Source: Dehalococcoidia bacterium (GTDB lineage: Bacteria > Chloroflexota > Dehalococcoidia > UBA2979). Taken from it: a stretch of 64,000 bases of DNA. The DNA lies in contig CAXXDN010000001.1 of assembly GCA_963667465.2 (NCBI GenBank), positions 640,001 through 704,000 on the forward strand. The letters run 5' to 3'. A model generated the notes under the pieces. It had not been told where the DNA came from. It was given only the letters and a program-made list of their open reading frames with translations, and did not search any database. The position numbers and the translations under genes were made by a program. Positions 18,476-28,237 of this stretch are shown piece after piece; the stretch's first letter is position 1, and the number at the start of each line of letters is the position of its first letter.

Positions 18476-19279
18476 TCAGACCCCGCGCAGGTGGCTGAGC
18501 ACGGCGCGGGCGGCCTCGGCCGGTTGCTCCTCGACCACCATGTGGCCTGCGCCCGGCATGACTTGCGCGATCGCGTCTGGCAGCAGCGCGCGGTAGGCGT
18601 CGACGTACGGGCCGGGCGGGACGACGGCGTCCTCGGCGCCCCAGAGCAGCAGCGAGGCCGCGCGCACGCGGTAGGCGCGGCGCGCGAAGCCCTTGTCGGG
18701 CAGCGGCCAGAGGTACTTGGCCGCGCCGATCAGCCCGCGCCGCCGGGCGCGGTTCCAGAGTCGCGCCTCCTCGCGATCGGCGGGGGGCGTGAACATGCGC
18801 CTGGCCGCAGGGCTCTCGATGTCGGCGAAGATTGTGCGGGCGAGCGTGCCGGGGGTGAGACCGAAGATGTCCGGCTGCGGCGCTTCTTCCAGCCACAGCC
18901 CGAGCGCGCTGATCAGCGCCAGCCGCCGCACGCGCGCCGGAAAGAAGGCCGCGATCTCCTGCGCCAGAAACGCCCCGAACGAGTGGCCCACCACGTCGAC
19001 CGGCCCATCGAGGCCGAGCGCCGTGAGCAGGTCGTCGTGGTGCAGCGTGATCTCAGTGACGTTTTCGTAGACGAACTCCGCGCCCTCGGAGCCCTCGAAG
19101 CCGGGCGGCGAGGGCGCGTACACGGTCGCGCTCGCGGCGAGGGCGTCGATGAACTCGTCCTCGACGAGTCCGAAGGTGCCGTGCAGGTAGAGCAGCGGCG
19201 GCCCTTCGCCGGTGATGCGCACGGGCACCTCGACGGAGCCGTCGAAGGTGCGGACGAGGAGCTGCTGTTGCTCAGGCAC
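18476..19279 (-). CDS. Alpha/beta hydrolase
   Basis: LHG, GHSFGA, WGAED, AGH; overlaps upstream LLM gene. Confidence 0.85.
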   Translation of the reverse strand: MPEQQQLLVRTFDGSVEVPVRITGEGPPLLYLHGTFGLVEDEFIDALAASATVYAPSPPGFEGSEGAEFVYENVTEITLHHDDLLTALGLDGPVDVVGHSFGAFLAQEIAAFFPARVRRLALISALGLWLEEAPQPDIFGLTPGTLARTIFADIESPAARRMFTPPADREEARLWNRARRRGLIGAAKYLWPLPDKGFARRAYRVRAASLLLWGAEDAVVPPGPYVDAYRALLPDAIAQVMPGAGHMVVEEQPAEAARAVLSHLRGV

Positions 19280-20474
19280 CGGGCGCCCTCCGCGCGTGCT
19301 GCGGGTACCACTCGTCTTCCCACTCGGAGTGGATGTGCCGCAGGTTCGGCAGCACCTCCTTCGCGATGCGGGTCATGTTGTACTCGGCGGTGTCGCGCGG
19401 CATCGAGCCGAAGTGCGCCATCACCATGATCGCGCCGAGGTTGATCTCCTTGACCAGCCACTCGAGCTTCTCGGTCACCTGCTTCGGCGAGCCGTGGATG
19501 ATCACGCCCTCGTCGATCAGCTGCGCCCACTTGCGCTCGATGATGCGCACGTCCGTGTATTCGGTGGTGAAGCCGCCGGCGATCGTCTTCTCCGTACGGT
19601 AGCCGGGGGCGTCGATGAAGCCGCCGTAGACGTGCTGGGTCTTGTTGTAGAACCACTCGATGTGCTCGGCGTAGAGCTGCTCGGCGTGCTCCTCGCTGTC
19701 GCCGACGCCGATGAACTGGATGATGCCGGCGCGGTAGGGATTGCGCGGCAGGTCGTAGGAGTCGACGACGGGCCAGAACTCCTCGAAGGTCTTCTGGGAG
19801 CGCTTGAAGCCGGAGAAGGAGAGTGCGGCGTACATGTGGCCGCGCTGGCAGACCCAGTCCCAGGTCTCGACGGAGCCGCCGCCGGGGATCCAGATCGGCG
19901 GGCGCGGCTGCTGGATGGGCCGGGGCCAGATGTTGACGTAACGGAGCTGCGTGTAGCGCCCGTTGAAGGCGAACGGCTCCGGCTCGGCCCAGGAGCGCGT
20001 GATCAGCTGCTCCGCCTCGCGGTACTTGTCGCGCAGCGTGACCGGGTTCTGCCCGTAGCAGTAGTTCGTGTCCATGCTCGTGCCGACGGGGAAGCCGGCG
20101 ACGATGCGGCCCCCGCTCATGCAGTCGAGCATCGCGATCTCCTCGGCGACGCGGGTGGGCGGGTTGTAGAGGGCGATGCTGTCGCCGAGCAGGACGATGG
20201 CGACGTCCTTCGTCTGGCGCGCGAGGGCGGCGGCGATGATGTTCGGCGAGGGCATCAGCCCGTAGCCGTTCTGGTGGTGCTCGTTTACGCACACGCCGTC
20301 GTAGCCCAGCGTCGAGGCGAGGACGAGCTCGTCGATGTACTCGTCGTACAGCTCGCCGGTCTTCCGCGGGTCCAGCAGGTCCGAGGGGATGTCGACCCAG
20401 ACGCTGTGATGTTCCTCGCTGAAGTTGTCGGGCAGGTGGCGGTAGGGCATGAGGTGGAAGAAGTAGAACTTCAC
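19272..20474 (-). CDS. LLM-class flavin-dependent monooxygenase
   Basis: FHLMPY, NEHHQNGYGLMPSPN, RVAEEIAMLD.MSGGR, WPRPIQQPRPPIW. Confidence 0.9.
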   Translation of the reverse strand: MKFYFFHLMPYRHLPDNFSEEHHSVWVDIPSDLLDPRKTGELYDEYIDELVLASTLGYDGVCVNEHHQNGYGLMPSPNIIAAALARQTKDVAIVLLGDSIALYNPPTRVAEEIAMLDCMSGGRIVAGFPVGTSMDTNYCYGQNPVTLRDKYREAEQLITRSWAEPEPFAFNGRYTQLRYVNIWPRPIQQPRPPIWIPGGGSVETWDWVCQRGHMYAALSFSGFKRSQKTFEEFWPVVDSYDLPRNPYRAGIIQFIGVGDSEEHAEQLYAEHIEWFYNKTQHVYGGFIDAPGYRTEKTIAGGFTTEYTDVRIIERKWAQLIDEGVIIHGSPKQVTEKLEWLVKEINLGAIMVMAHFGSMPRDTAEYNMTRIAKEVLPNLRHIHSEWEDEWYPQHARRAPGA

Positions 20475-20582
20475 GCGCGCACTCTCCCTGGCTGCGGGCC
20501 CGCGCCTGCGAGCGCCTGCCGCATGATACGCGACCGCGTCACGAGGGCCGGTCCCGCCCGTCGCACCCGGGCCGGGTAGCAG

Positions 20583-20608
20583 CGGGGCCGCCCCTGCGGG
20601 CGGCCCCG
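20583..20608. terminator. GC hairpin downstream of the enoyl-CoA hydratase gene
   Basis: CGGGGCCGCCC-CTGC-GGGCGGCCCCG, 11-bp stem, no U tract. Confidence 0.45.
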
Positions 20609-20634
20609 GAAGCTCCAACCGAACGTCGAGGGCG

Positions 20635-21426
20635 TTAGCGGCCCTGGTAGTTGGCCTCGCGCTTCTCGGCGAAGGCGCGCGGGCCCTCCTTGGCGTCGTC
20701 GGTGTAGCGGATCGCCTGCGACTCGAAGTTCTCGATGCGCAGACCCTCGGCCAGCGTGGTGTTGAGGCCGCGGTAGGCCGCCTCCTTCGCCGCCATCACG
20801 GCCAGCGGGGCGTTCGCGCCGATCTCGGCGGCGATTTCGAGCGCCTTGTCCATCAGCTGGTCCGGCGGGACCACGTGGTTGACGAGGCCGATGCGGTGGG
20901 CCTCCGCCGCCGGGATGCGGCGGCCGGTCATCAGCAGCTCGAGCGCGACCCCGAACGGAACCAGCCGCCCGATGCGCTGCGTGCCGCCGGCGCCGGGGAT
21001 AATGCCGCGAGCGACCTCGGGGAGGCCGAACGAGGCGGTCTCCGAGGCGACGCGGATGTCGCACGCCATCGCCGTCTCACAGCCGCCACCGAGGGCGAAG
21101 CCGTTGACGGCGGCGATGATCGGCTTCCACATCTCCAGACCGCGGTAGAGCTGGGGCTCGGGCTGGTCCCAGAAGGTGTTGCGCTGCGGCGCACCACCGG
21201 CGGCGGCGTTGCGCTGCGCCATCTCCTTCAGGTCGGCGCCCGCGCTGAAGGCGCGGTCGCCGGCGCCGGTGATGACCACGCTGCGGATGTCGGAATCCTC
21301 GCGTACTCGTCCCCAGGCTTCGCCGACCGCGGCGATCAGCTCTGAGTTGAAGGCGTTCATCGACTCGGGCCGGTTGAGGGTCATCACAAACGTGTAGCCC
21401 TCCATGCGGGTTTCGAGTACGGCCAT
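20635..21426 (-). CDS. Enoyl-CoA hydratase/crotonase family
   Basis: LNRPESMNA, FSAGADLKE, GFALGGGCE, FGLPE, AFAEKR; AAGGAG RBS. Confidence 0.92.
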   Translation of the reverse strand: MAVLETRMEGYTFVMTLNRPESMNAFNSELIAAVGEAWGRVREDSDIRSVVITGAGDRAFSAGADLKEMAQRNAAAGGAPQRNTFWDQPEPQLYRGLEMWKPIIAAVNGFALGGGCETAMACDIRVASETASFGLPEVARGIIPGAGGTQRIGRLVPFGVALELLMTGRRIPAAEAHRIGLVNHVVPPDQLMDKALEIAAEIGANAPLAVMAAKEAAYRGLNTTLAEGLRIENFESQAIRYTDDAKEGPRAFAEKREANYQGR

Positions 21427-21544
21427 GCGTGCAGTCTCCTTGCGTGTCCTCGTTCGTTTCGTTGTCACCCCTCGCCGTTCGAGGGCGCGGCGCAACGCTA
21501 CGCCGCCCCGCCCGTCGAGTCAAAGCGAGGCGGCGTGTCTGCTC

Positions 21545-24178
21545 CTACTGCGATCCTCCTCCGCCTCCCGTGACCGGCAAGCGAGGCGGTCCTCCCGACA
21601 TCTCCGAGTCTGTGCCGACCGCCGGCTGTCCCGCGCGGTCCCCCAGTGGCGCCTCGAACTCGCTGCCGCGCAGCCACTCGCCCGGCCGCAGATCGGCGGG
21701 CACGAAGCGCACGTCCGGCACGATCACGATGCCGTTGGCGTCCCGGAAGCCGATCTCGACGCGGCCGTCGGCCATGCGCCGTGCGCGGATCCGCCCGACG
21801 GACTCGCCATCCAGCTCGATCATGGTGCTGATCTTCCAGCGGTCGACCTCGGCGTCGGTCTCGAGGAACCGCTTCCGCGGGATGAACGTCCGGCCGTCCG
21901 CGAATTCAACGCCGTGCTCGAGCCGTCCATCCTCGGCGAGCTGGACGATGATGCGCAGCCGCACCGCCTCCGGCGCGACCGCCGCCACCGGTGGAGGTGG
22001 TGGCGGCGGCGGTATGAGCCGGAAGTGCAGCGCGGTGTCGTCGATCCCCAGCTGGCCCATGAACCGCGAGACGTCGCTCCTGGATCCCAGCGCTGCGCAG
22101 AGCGCGGCGTCCGTCGCGTACTGGTAGAGGGGAAGCGCGAACCGCAGCTCGTCGTCGAGCGTGAGCAGCGCGCCGCTGTCCGCAACGCCCGCGGCCGCGA
22201 GGGCGTCGCTCAGCTGGGCGGGGCCGGCGCCGCACGCGGCCCGTGCCGCGAGGTCCGCGATCAGCCACTGAGCGACGGCAGGCGGCTCACCGTCGGCGGC
22301 GGAGCGGGTCGCGCCGATGACCGCCCCGGACATCGCGGCCGGCGAGGCAACCACCTCGGCGTGGGTGAGCTGCGCGTGCACGGCGAGCGCCTCCTCGAGC
22401 GTAAGCCCCTCGCCCTCGGCGACCCGCGCCTGCAGCGCCGTCCAGGCGGCGGCCGACGTCGCGTAGGAGTCGGCTGCTGCCTGCGCTGCGGCGAGCAGCA
22501 GGTTCTCGGCGGCGACGGGGCTAATCAGCTCGCCCGCGGCGAACGCCTCGCCGAGCCCGGACGCGGCGACCGCGTCCGCGTACTGGCGGCCAATCGCCGC
22601 AAGCAGTGTCCCCGACGAGAGGTCCGCGAGGCTGACCGGCTCCCCGGTCGCCTCGCCCGGCTCGCCGAGCGCGGCGATCAGCGGGCGCTCGAAGATGCCG
22701 GCGAGCAGGTACTCCTGCACGGCGGCGACGTAGATCGCCTGCGCCTCCAGCGCCGGGTCAATCTCGGCTTCCGGGTCGTCGGCGACGTTGACCTCGGGCG
22801 TCACGGCGCCCGCTTCAGCTTCGTCCCCTTCGCTCGGGGTCGCCGCGACGATGTAGTCCGTGCCGTCGATGCTGATGGTGACAGGACCGAACGCCGGGCC
22901 GGTCTGCACCAGGATCTCCTGCCGGAGCACGTGGATGCCGATCTCGTCGTCGTCCGGGTTGAAGGCGGCGACGAGGACGATGACCTGGGTGGGGCCGGGC
23001 TCGCCGAGCGTGAGCTCAAGCGGCGGCGCCTCGGGGATGGCGATGCTCGCGGCGCTCGCCGTGGCGGCGCCGGAGTGGTACGAGCTGCCAGCCTGCCAGC
23101 GTGACGGCGACGCGGGGATGGGGCTGGTTCGGTCGAACCCGCGCCGTCCACCCAAGGCGTACACCCTCGCGTAGGAGCCGTCGGCCGGCAGAGCGGACTG
23201 GCCGAGGTTGCCGACGCGGTAGCCGACCGCGAAGGGCTGGCCCGCGATGATCTGGTCGGGAATGTCGAGCGCTTCGACCTTCAGCTTGAACGCGCTCTCG
23301 TCGACGAGGCTGACGGTCAGCGTGAAGTCATCGGGCGATGACACGCCGTCGCGCGCCCGGTAGGTGGTTGCCTCGACCAGGTACGTGCCCGCCGGCAGAT
23401 CGTTCTCGATCCGCGCGTCGTGCTGGGTGCCGCTGTCGTCGTCGCTGTCGATGAAGCTGCCATCCGGTCGCAGCAGATAGACGTAGGGATCGCCCTCTTC
23501 CGACACCACGTCGATCCGCACGAGGCCTTCCTCGGGCAGTTCGAAGCTGTAGGTGAACGCAGGGGCGTCCTCGCGGTAGCGGGCGCTGCAGGCGTGCGGC
23601 CCCCACGTCTCCTCGGCCGTCAGCGTCTCATCGGGTTCGAGGGCGCCGAGGTCGATCGGCACGCATTCCAGGTCGGCGTGAATGACGAGCGTGAAGTCGG
23701 CCGCGCCGCGTGCGCGGCCGGCGCCCATCGCCGCCTCGATGAGGTAGACGCCCGGCGCGAGGTCGCGCTCGATGCGTGAGTCGAGGCCGGAGCGGCGGCG
23801 GTCGTCGTTGTGCGCGAGGCGGCTGCCGTCGGCCGCCAACAGGTGCAGGTACGGGTCGCCGTCAGGAGACGTGAGGTCGATTCGGACGCGGACGGACTCG
23901 GCCAGTTCGAAGCGATAGGTGTGTGCGTCGCTGTTGGGGAGGAAGCGTGAATCGCAGTCCTCGGTGGTCCAGCGGCCGCTCGCCCGGAGTTCGCCCTCGT
24001 CCTCGCTGCTGAGTGTGCCGAGGTCGGTGACCGCGCAGTCCGCCGTCTGGGCGCCCGCGCGTCCTGGGCTCTCAAGTGCGAGCGCGACCGCAAGGAGCGC
24101 GATCGCTGCGCAGAGCGCCCCCACGAGGAGGTGGGCGCCTGAGCGGGCCGCGAGGCCCGCGTGGATCGTGTTGTGCAT
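21545..24178 (-). CDS. Large exported protein: signal peptide, two PPC-like beta-sandwich domains, Ig-like region, poly-Pro linker, two C-terminal ~50-aa repeats
   Basis: Hydrophobic N-terminus ending in AGAQ; twice DPY.YL...DG.....DD...D.RIE.DL..G.YL.EA; PPPPPPPP; RI.....DGR.E.G..P..RF.....W twice. Confidence 0.75.
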   Translation of the reverse strand: MHNTIHAGLAARSGAHLLVGALCAAIALLAVALALESPGRAGAQTADCAVTDLGTLSSEDEGELRASGRWTTEDCDSRFLPNSDAHTYRFELAESVRVRIDLTSPDGDPYLHLLAADGSRLAHNDDRRRSGLDSRIERDLAPGVYLIEAAMGAGRARGAADFTLVIHADLECVPIDLGALEPDETLTAEETWGPHACSARYREDAPAFTYSFELPEEGLVRIDVVSEEGDPYVYLLRPDGSFIDSDDDSGTQHDARIENDLPAGTYLVEATTYRARDGVSSPDDFTLTVSLVDESAFKLKVEALDIPDQIIAGQPFAVGYRVGNLGQSALPADGSYARVYALGGRRGFDRTSPIPASPSRWQAGSSYHSGAATASAASIAIPEAPPLELTLGEPGPTQVIVLVAAFNPDDDEIGIHVLRQEILVQTGPAFGPVTISIDGTDYIVAATPSEGDEAEAGAVTPEVNVADDPEAEIDPALEAQAIYVAAVQEYLLAGIFERPLIAALGEPGEATGEPVSLADLSSGTLLAAIGRQYADAVAASGLGEAFAAGELISPVAAENLLLAAAQAAADSYATSAAAWTALQARVAEGEGLTLEEALAVHAQLTHAEVVASPAAMSGAVIGATRSAADGEPPAVAQWLIADLAARAACGAGPAQLSDALAAAGVADSGALLTLDDELRFALPLYQYATDAALCAALGSRSDVSRFMGQLGIDDTALHFRLIPPPPPPPPVAAVAPEAVRLRIIVQLAEDGRLEHGVEFADGRTFIPRKRFLETDAEVDRWKISTMIELDGESVGRIRARRMADGRVEIGFRDANGIVIVPDVRFVPADLRPGEWLRGSEFEAPLGDRAGQPAVGTDSEMSGGPPRLPVTGGGGGSQ

Positions 24179-24362
24179 GTTTGGTCTCCCCCGCCGCATC
24201 GCGCCTAGTCTAGCAGGGTGCTGAAAGCCCCTTGAAGTCGGGGAACGGAGCGCTTCGAGGCATGGCGGTGCTCGGAACAACCCTTGAAAACAAAGGGCTT
24301 CCTGGTAGCCGCACGCAGCCGCTTCCGGGCCGGGACCGGCCCGGACGACTTTCGTCACCCTG

Positions 24363-25193
24363 CTAATGCTGCACGACTGCTCCGCCATCGACATTAATGC
24401 TCTGGCCGGTGATCCAGTTGCCCTGATCGCTGCACAGGTAGACCGTCATGTGGGCGATGTCCGAACCGTCCGAGGCGCGCCCCAGCGGCGTACCCGCCGC
24501 GACGCGCTCGTCCCAGATCCGGCCGCGCGGGATATCGTCCATGCGGAACGTGTCCACGGTACCCGGACAGATCGTGTTCACACGGATGTTATAGCGCCCC
24601 ATCTCCCCCGCCATGCAACCCGTCAGCGCATGGATACCTGCCTTGCTCGAGGCGTAGGCCGAGGCGTTCACGCTCAGCCGCTTCCCCGCGACCGAGGAGA
24701 TATTGACGATCGCGCCGCCCTCGTCCTGCTCGATCAGGTGCTGGCCGAAGTAGTGCGACATGTAAAAGGTGCCGTTGAGATTCACATCGATCACCCGCTG
24801 CCAGACCTCGATCGGGATCTCGACCGCGGGCGCGCGGTCTGGCCCGCGCGCAAACGCAGCGTTGTTGATCACAAAGTCGACCCGCCCGAACTCATCGAGG
24901 ATCCCCGCGAGCAGGGTCTGCACCGCGTCCGGCTTGCTCACGTCGCTGACGAGCGGCAGCGCGCGCTGGCCGGCGGCCTCGATCTCCTCGGCGACGGAAT
25001 GGATGTCGCGCCAGCCGGCTTCCTTTTCGTCGTCCGGGTAGCGCTCCGGCGGGCGGCCGGTGCCGGTGATCACGACGTCCGCGCCGGCCTTCGCCAGCTC
25101 GACGGCGATGCAGCGGCCGATCGAGCGCATGCGGCCCGCTCCGGTGACCACCGCTACCTTGCCCTCGAATCCCGTCAACTCGAGCCCGGCCAT
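24363..25193 (-). CDS. SDR oxidoreductase
   Basis: TGAGRMRSIG, NNAA, NISS, YASSK, ITGQSINVDGG. Confidence 0.92.
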   Translation of the reverse strand: MAGLELTGFEGKVAVVTGAGRMRSIGRCIAVELAKAGADVVITGTGRPPERYPDDEKEAGWRDIHSVAEEIEAAGQRALPLVSDVSKPDAVQTLLAGILDEFGRVDFVINNAAFARGPDRAPAVEIPIEVWQRVIDVNLNGTFYMSHYFGQHLIEQDEGGAIVNISSVAGKRLSVNASAYASSKAGIHALTGCMAGEMGRYNIRVNTICPGTVDTFRMDDIPRGRIWDERVAAGTPLGRASDGSDIAHMTVYLCSDQGNWITGQSINVDGGAVVQH

Positions 25194-25205
25194 CCGGAAC
25201 CTCCC

Positions 25206-26243
25206 TCAGTACCCGCGATCGGGGTCGACGATGTTATGCAGCTCCTCGCCAGCAAGGTAGCGGCGCAGGTTGTCGCAGAAAATAGAGGTCGCGACCTCGT
25301 TGTAGTTCTCGTTCCCGCCGCTGATGTGCGGCGTGAGGATCACGTTGTCCAGCGCCCAGAGCGGGCTGTCCGCGGGTAGCGGCTCGCGATCGAATACGTC
25401 GAGCGCGGCCCCGGCGATGACGCCCTCGCGCAGGGCGCTGATCAGCGCTGGCTCGTCGACGACCTCGCCGCGCGCGATGTTGATCAGGTACGAGCGATCG
25501 CCGCGCGCGCCCATGGTGCGCAACTGCCCGGCGCCGATCATGCCGCGTGTCTCCTCGGTCAGCGGCATGGCAAGCACCACGTAGTCGCTCTCCGCCAGCA
25601 GCTCGTCGAGGTCGCCCGGCGGCAGCACCTCGTCGGCGATTGCGTCCGGGCCACGCTCGGTGACGGAGCGGCGGATCGCGAGGACGCGGCAGCCGATCGC
25701 CTTCGCGAGCCGCGCGCACTCGGCGCCGATCGCGCCCATACCGACGACGCCGACGGTCCGGTCGGAGAGGTTGCGCGGCATGACCATGCGGTCGTACAAC
25801 CCGGCGGCCTGGTTGCGCGCGAGTGCGGGCCAGCCCTTCTCGAACATCAGCATGTAGGTCAGCACGAACTCCGCGATCGGCGTGGCGTGCAGCCCACTCA
25901 CGTTCGTGAACGTCAGGCCGGCACGGATCAGATCCGGGTCGACGCGGTCCGCGCCCGCCGAGGTGAGCTGCACCCAGCGCAGCGTCCCGGGCAGGCTGTC
26001 GGGCCGCACGAGGTCGGGCATCGCGCCGCTCCAGAACCCGAACATCACGTCCGCCTCGGCGAGTGCCGCGCGGATCTCGTCGAGGGGTGTCGCCGCCTGC
26101 CGCTCGCTGGGAAAGCGCCTCTTGCCGCGTAGCGCGGCGAGCAGGTCCTGGCCGAGCACAGAGACCTCGACGCGCGGATCGACCGCGCGGATGCGCTCGG
26201 CCAGCTCCGGTTCGAGGGGGAAGGTGACGACGACGCGAGTCAT
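25206..26243 (-). CDS. D-2-hydroxyacid dehydrogenase
   Basis: SAGAD, GMGAIG, PLTEET, INIARG, LDVF..EPLP, TPHISG. Confidence 0.92.
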   Translation of the reverse strand: MTRVVVTFPLEPELAERIRAVDPRVEVSVLGQDLLAALRGKRRFPSERQAATPLDEIRAALAEADVMFGFWSGAMPDLVRPDSLPGTLRWVQLTSAGADRVDPDLIRAGLTFTNVSGLHATPIAEFVLTYMLMFEKGWPALARNQAAGLYDRMVMPRNLSDRTVGVVGMGAIGAECARLAKAIGCRVLAIRRSVTERGPDAIADEVLPPGDLDELLAESDYVVLAMPLTEETRGMIGAGQLRTMGARGDRSYLINIARGEVVDEPALISALREGVIAGAALDVFDREPLPADSPLWALDNVILTPHISGGNENYNEVATSIFCDNLRRYLAGEELHNIVDPDRGY

Positions 26244-27466
26244 CGCGACTCGTTTCCGCGCATGGTGAGCAGCGCGATGCTGGCGGTGAAACCGTGCACG
26301 AAGGTCTTGCCGCCCACGGGGCCGATCTCGCCGCTGCAGAACATCCCGGCGGTCGGCGTCGGACCCAGTGCCTGCTCGAGGGCCTGCGCGTCGTGGTGCG
26401 GCTCGCCGAAGAGGCCCTGGCCGCGGCCGTTGCAGGAGCAGAGCAGCGCGCCGAGCACGTGCTCGCCCGGCGTCAGCCGCGTGCGCAGGGCGCGCAGGTG
26501 CTCGCGCAGATCGAGATCGGCGGCGCTGGCGTCGCGGAACTGGAACTGCAGCGTCTGGCCGAGGCGTGGCGAGGCGTTGATTGCGATCGCGCCGCTCTCC
26601 CGGTCCCCGCCCATGATGTTGCGGATCAGGAAGTCGCCACGCGCGTGCTGATGGCGGTACTCGTCCATCGCGAGGCCCACCAGCAGGTTGCGCTGCGCCC
26701 GCTCCCGCGTCTCCAGGTCGAGCTCGGCGAGCGTCTCCTGCAGCACGACCAGCGCGGGGCGTGACCCGAGCCCGCGCACGAGGTTGCCCTCACACTCCGT
26801 GATCGTCCACGGCTGGCCGATCGGCTCGGCGCCCTGCGCGACGACGGTGTGGATGCCGAAGGCGCCGCCGATGCCGGCCAGCACCGCGCCGGAGTCGCGC
26901 ACCTCGCCGTCGAGGAAGACGGCGGTGTTGCGCTGCAGCGGCTGCGCCGAGGCGAGCCCGCCGAGCACCGTCGCGTCCTTCTGGCGCTGCTCGATCGCGC
27001 TCACCAGCGTCTCGACGTCCGTGGTGAACGGATCGGCGAAGAGCAGCCAGGCCTGCGCGGAGGCCGCTTCGACACGGTCGAGGGCGGCCCGGGCCTCCTC
27101 GTTCGAGCCGATCGCCAGGGTGCTGATCGTAGCGCCGGGCAGGCTGAGCGCGAGCAGCGAGATCGCGGGCTGGTCCTCGGCCTCGTGGCCGGGGCCGATC
27201 ACGCCCATCCCGCTCGCCCCGGCCAGCCGCCGCGCGCCGGTTCCGGTGCGCAGGCGTTCCAGCACCTCGCCGTAGTGGTCCGAGAAGCGTGCGTCGATGA
27301 AGGCGAGCGCGAGGTCCGGCTCGCCGTCGAAATCGAGCGTGGCGAGGACGGCGTCGCACGCCTCCTCCCAGCTGGCGCCAGTCTGCACCGCGGCCGCGGC
27401 GCGCGCCTGGTTCGCCTGCGTGGCGGCGCGTGCGCCGTCGCTCCGCGCCGCCTGCTCGCTCGTCAT
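26240..27466 (-). CDS. FIST-domain signal transduction protein
   Basis: ADPF, GGLAS, VAQGAEPIG, DFLIRN, SCNGRG.GLF, GMFCSGEIGPVGG..FVHGFT. Confidence 0.9.
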   Translation of the reverse strand: MTSEQAARSDGARAATQANQARAAAAVQTGASWEEACDAVLATLDFDGEPDLALAFIDARFSDHYGEVLERLRTGTGARRLAGASGMGVIGPGHEAEDQPAISLLALSLPGATISTLAIGSNEEARAALDRVEAASAQAWLLFADPFTTDVETLVSAIEQRQKDATVLGGLASAQPLQRNTAVFLDGEVRDSGAVLAGIGGAFGIHTVVAQGAEPIGQPWTITECEGNLVRGLGSRPALVVLQETLAELDLETRERAQRNLLVGLAMDEYRHQHARGDFLIRNIMGGDRESGAIAINASPRLGQTLQFQFRDASAADLDLREHLRALRTRLTPGEHVLGALLCSCNGRGQGLFGEPHHDAQALEQALGPTPTAGMFCSGEIGPVGGKTFVHGFTASIALLTMRGNESR

Positions 27467-27494
27467 GGGTACCTCGTCCTGCTGCTTCGTGGCG

Positions 27495-28031
27495 CTACGC
27501 GAAGCTGCCGGCAATCGCGAGCGCGAGGCCGGTGACGATGGCTGCCGGAATCAGGCCGAGCACTGCCACGGCGATCGCCCGCCCGGTGCCGATGTCGAGC
27601 GCGGCCCGTACCGCGACGACCGTGGTGACCAGCACCCAGATGCCGACGATAGTGCCGACCAGGGCGTTGAGCACGGGCACGACGCCGATCAGCAGCAGGA
27701 TGCGCGGCGCGTTCGCGAAACCGAGCGTGCGCGCTACCTCGCCCCAGTCAGCGCTTGTCTCGGAGCCGGCGAGCAGTTTGGTGCCGATGAAGTAGGTGAC
27801 CCAGGCGTAGACGGCCCAGCCCACCAATCCGCCCAGGACCCCGAAGATCAGCCCGGCAACACCGAGCTCGCCGATAGCGGCGATGCCGCCGGCGATCGCG
27901 CCGAGGACGACGACGATGGCCGCCTGGGCGGTGGCGTCGCGGTCGTGCTCGACCTCCTCGTAGACGCTGCTGTCCAGGCGCGCCGCGCCGATCAGCCGAT
28001 CGACGAACGAGCGCTGTTCCAAGATCTCCAT
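27495..28031 (-). CDS. Yip1-family membrane protein
   Basis: DRLIGAARLD..YEEVEHD..AT.QA, RTLGFANAP; multi-TM. Confidence 0.75.
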   Translation of the reverse strand: MEILEQRSFVDRLIGAARLDSSVYEEVEHDRDATAQAAIVVVLGAIAGGIAAIGELGVAGLIFGVLGGLVGWAVYAWVTYFIGTKLLAGSETSADWGEVARTLGFANAPRILLLIGVVPVLNALVGTIVGIWVLVTTVVAVRAALDIGTGRAIAVAVLGLIPAAIVTGLALAIAGSFA

Positions 28032-28237
28032 GTCCCCTCCCTGGGCTCAACGTTGCCGGGGGCGCATCGTGAGCCCCCGCGAGAGTGTATGTTGGCGGGC
28101 GCACGCGCGTACAACACCGGGGACGCGTCCCCGGACAGGCTCGCGCGAAGCCGTCCGACGCGGCACCATGAGCAGCCGCTGCTCCGCCCGGCGACGCGCG
28201 GGCGCGCGGGCTGCGGCGCAAGGCTGGGGGAAGCAAC

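Noticed and set aside
24225-24300. Two CCCTTGAA-containing weak hairpins resembling motifs near recombinase sites
   Set aside because: Short and imperfect, with no recombinase or matching partner site in the window
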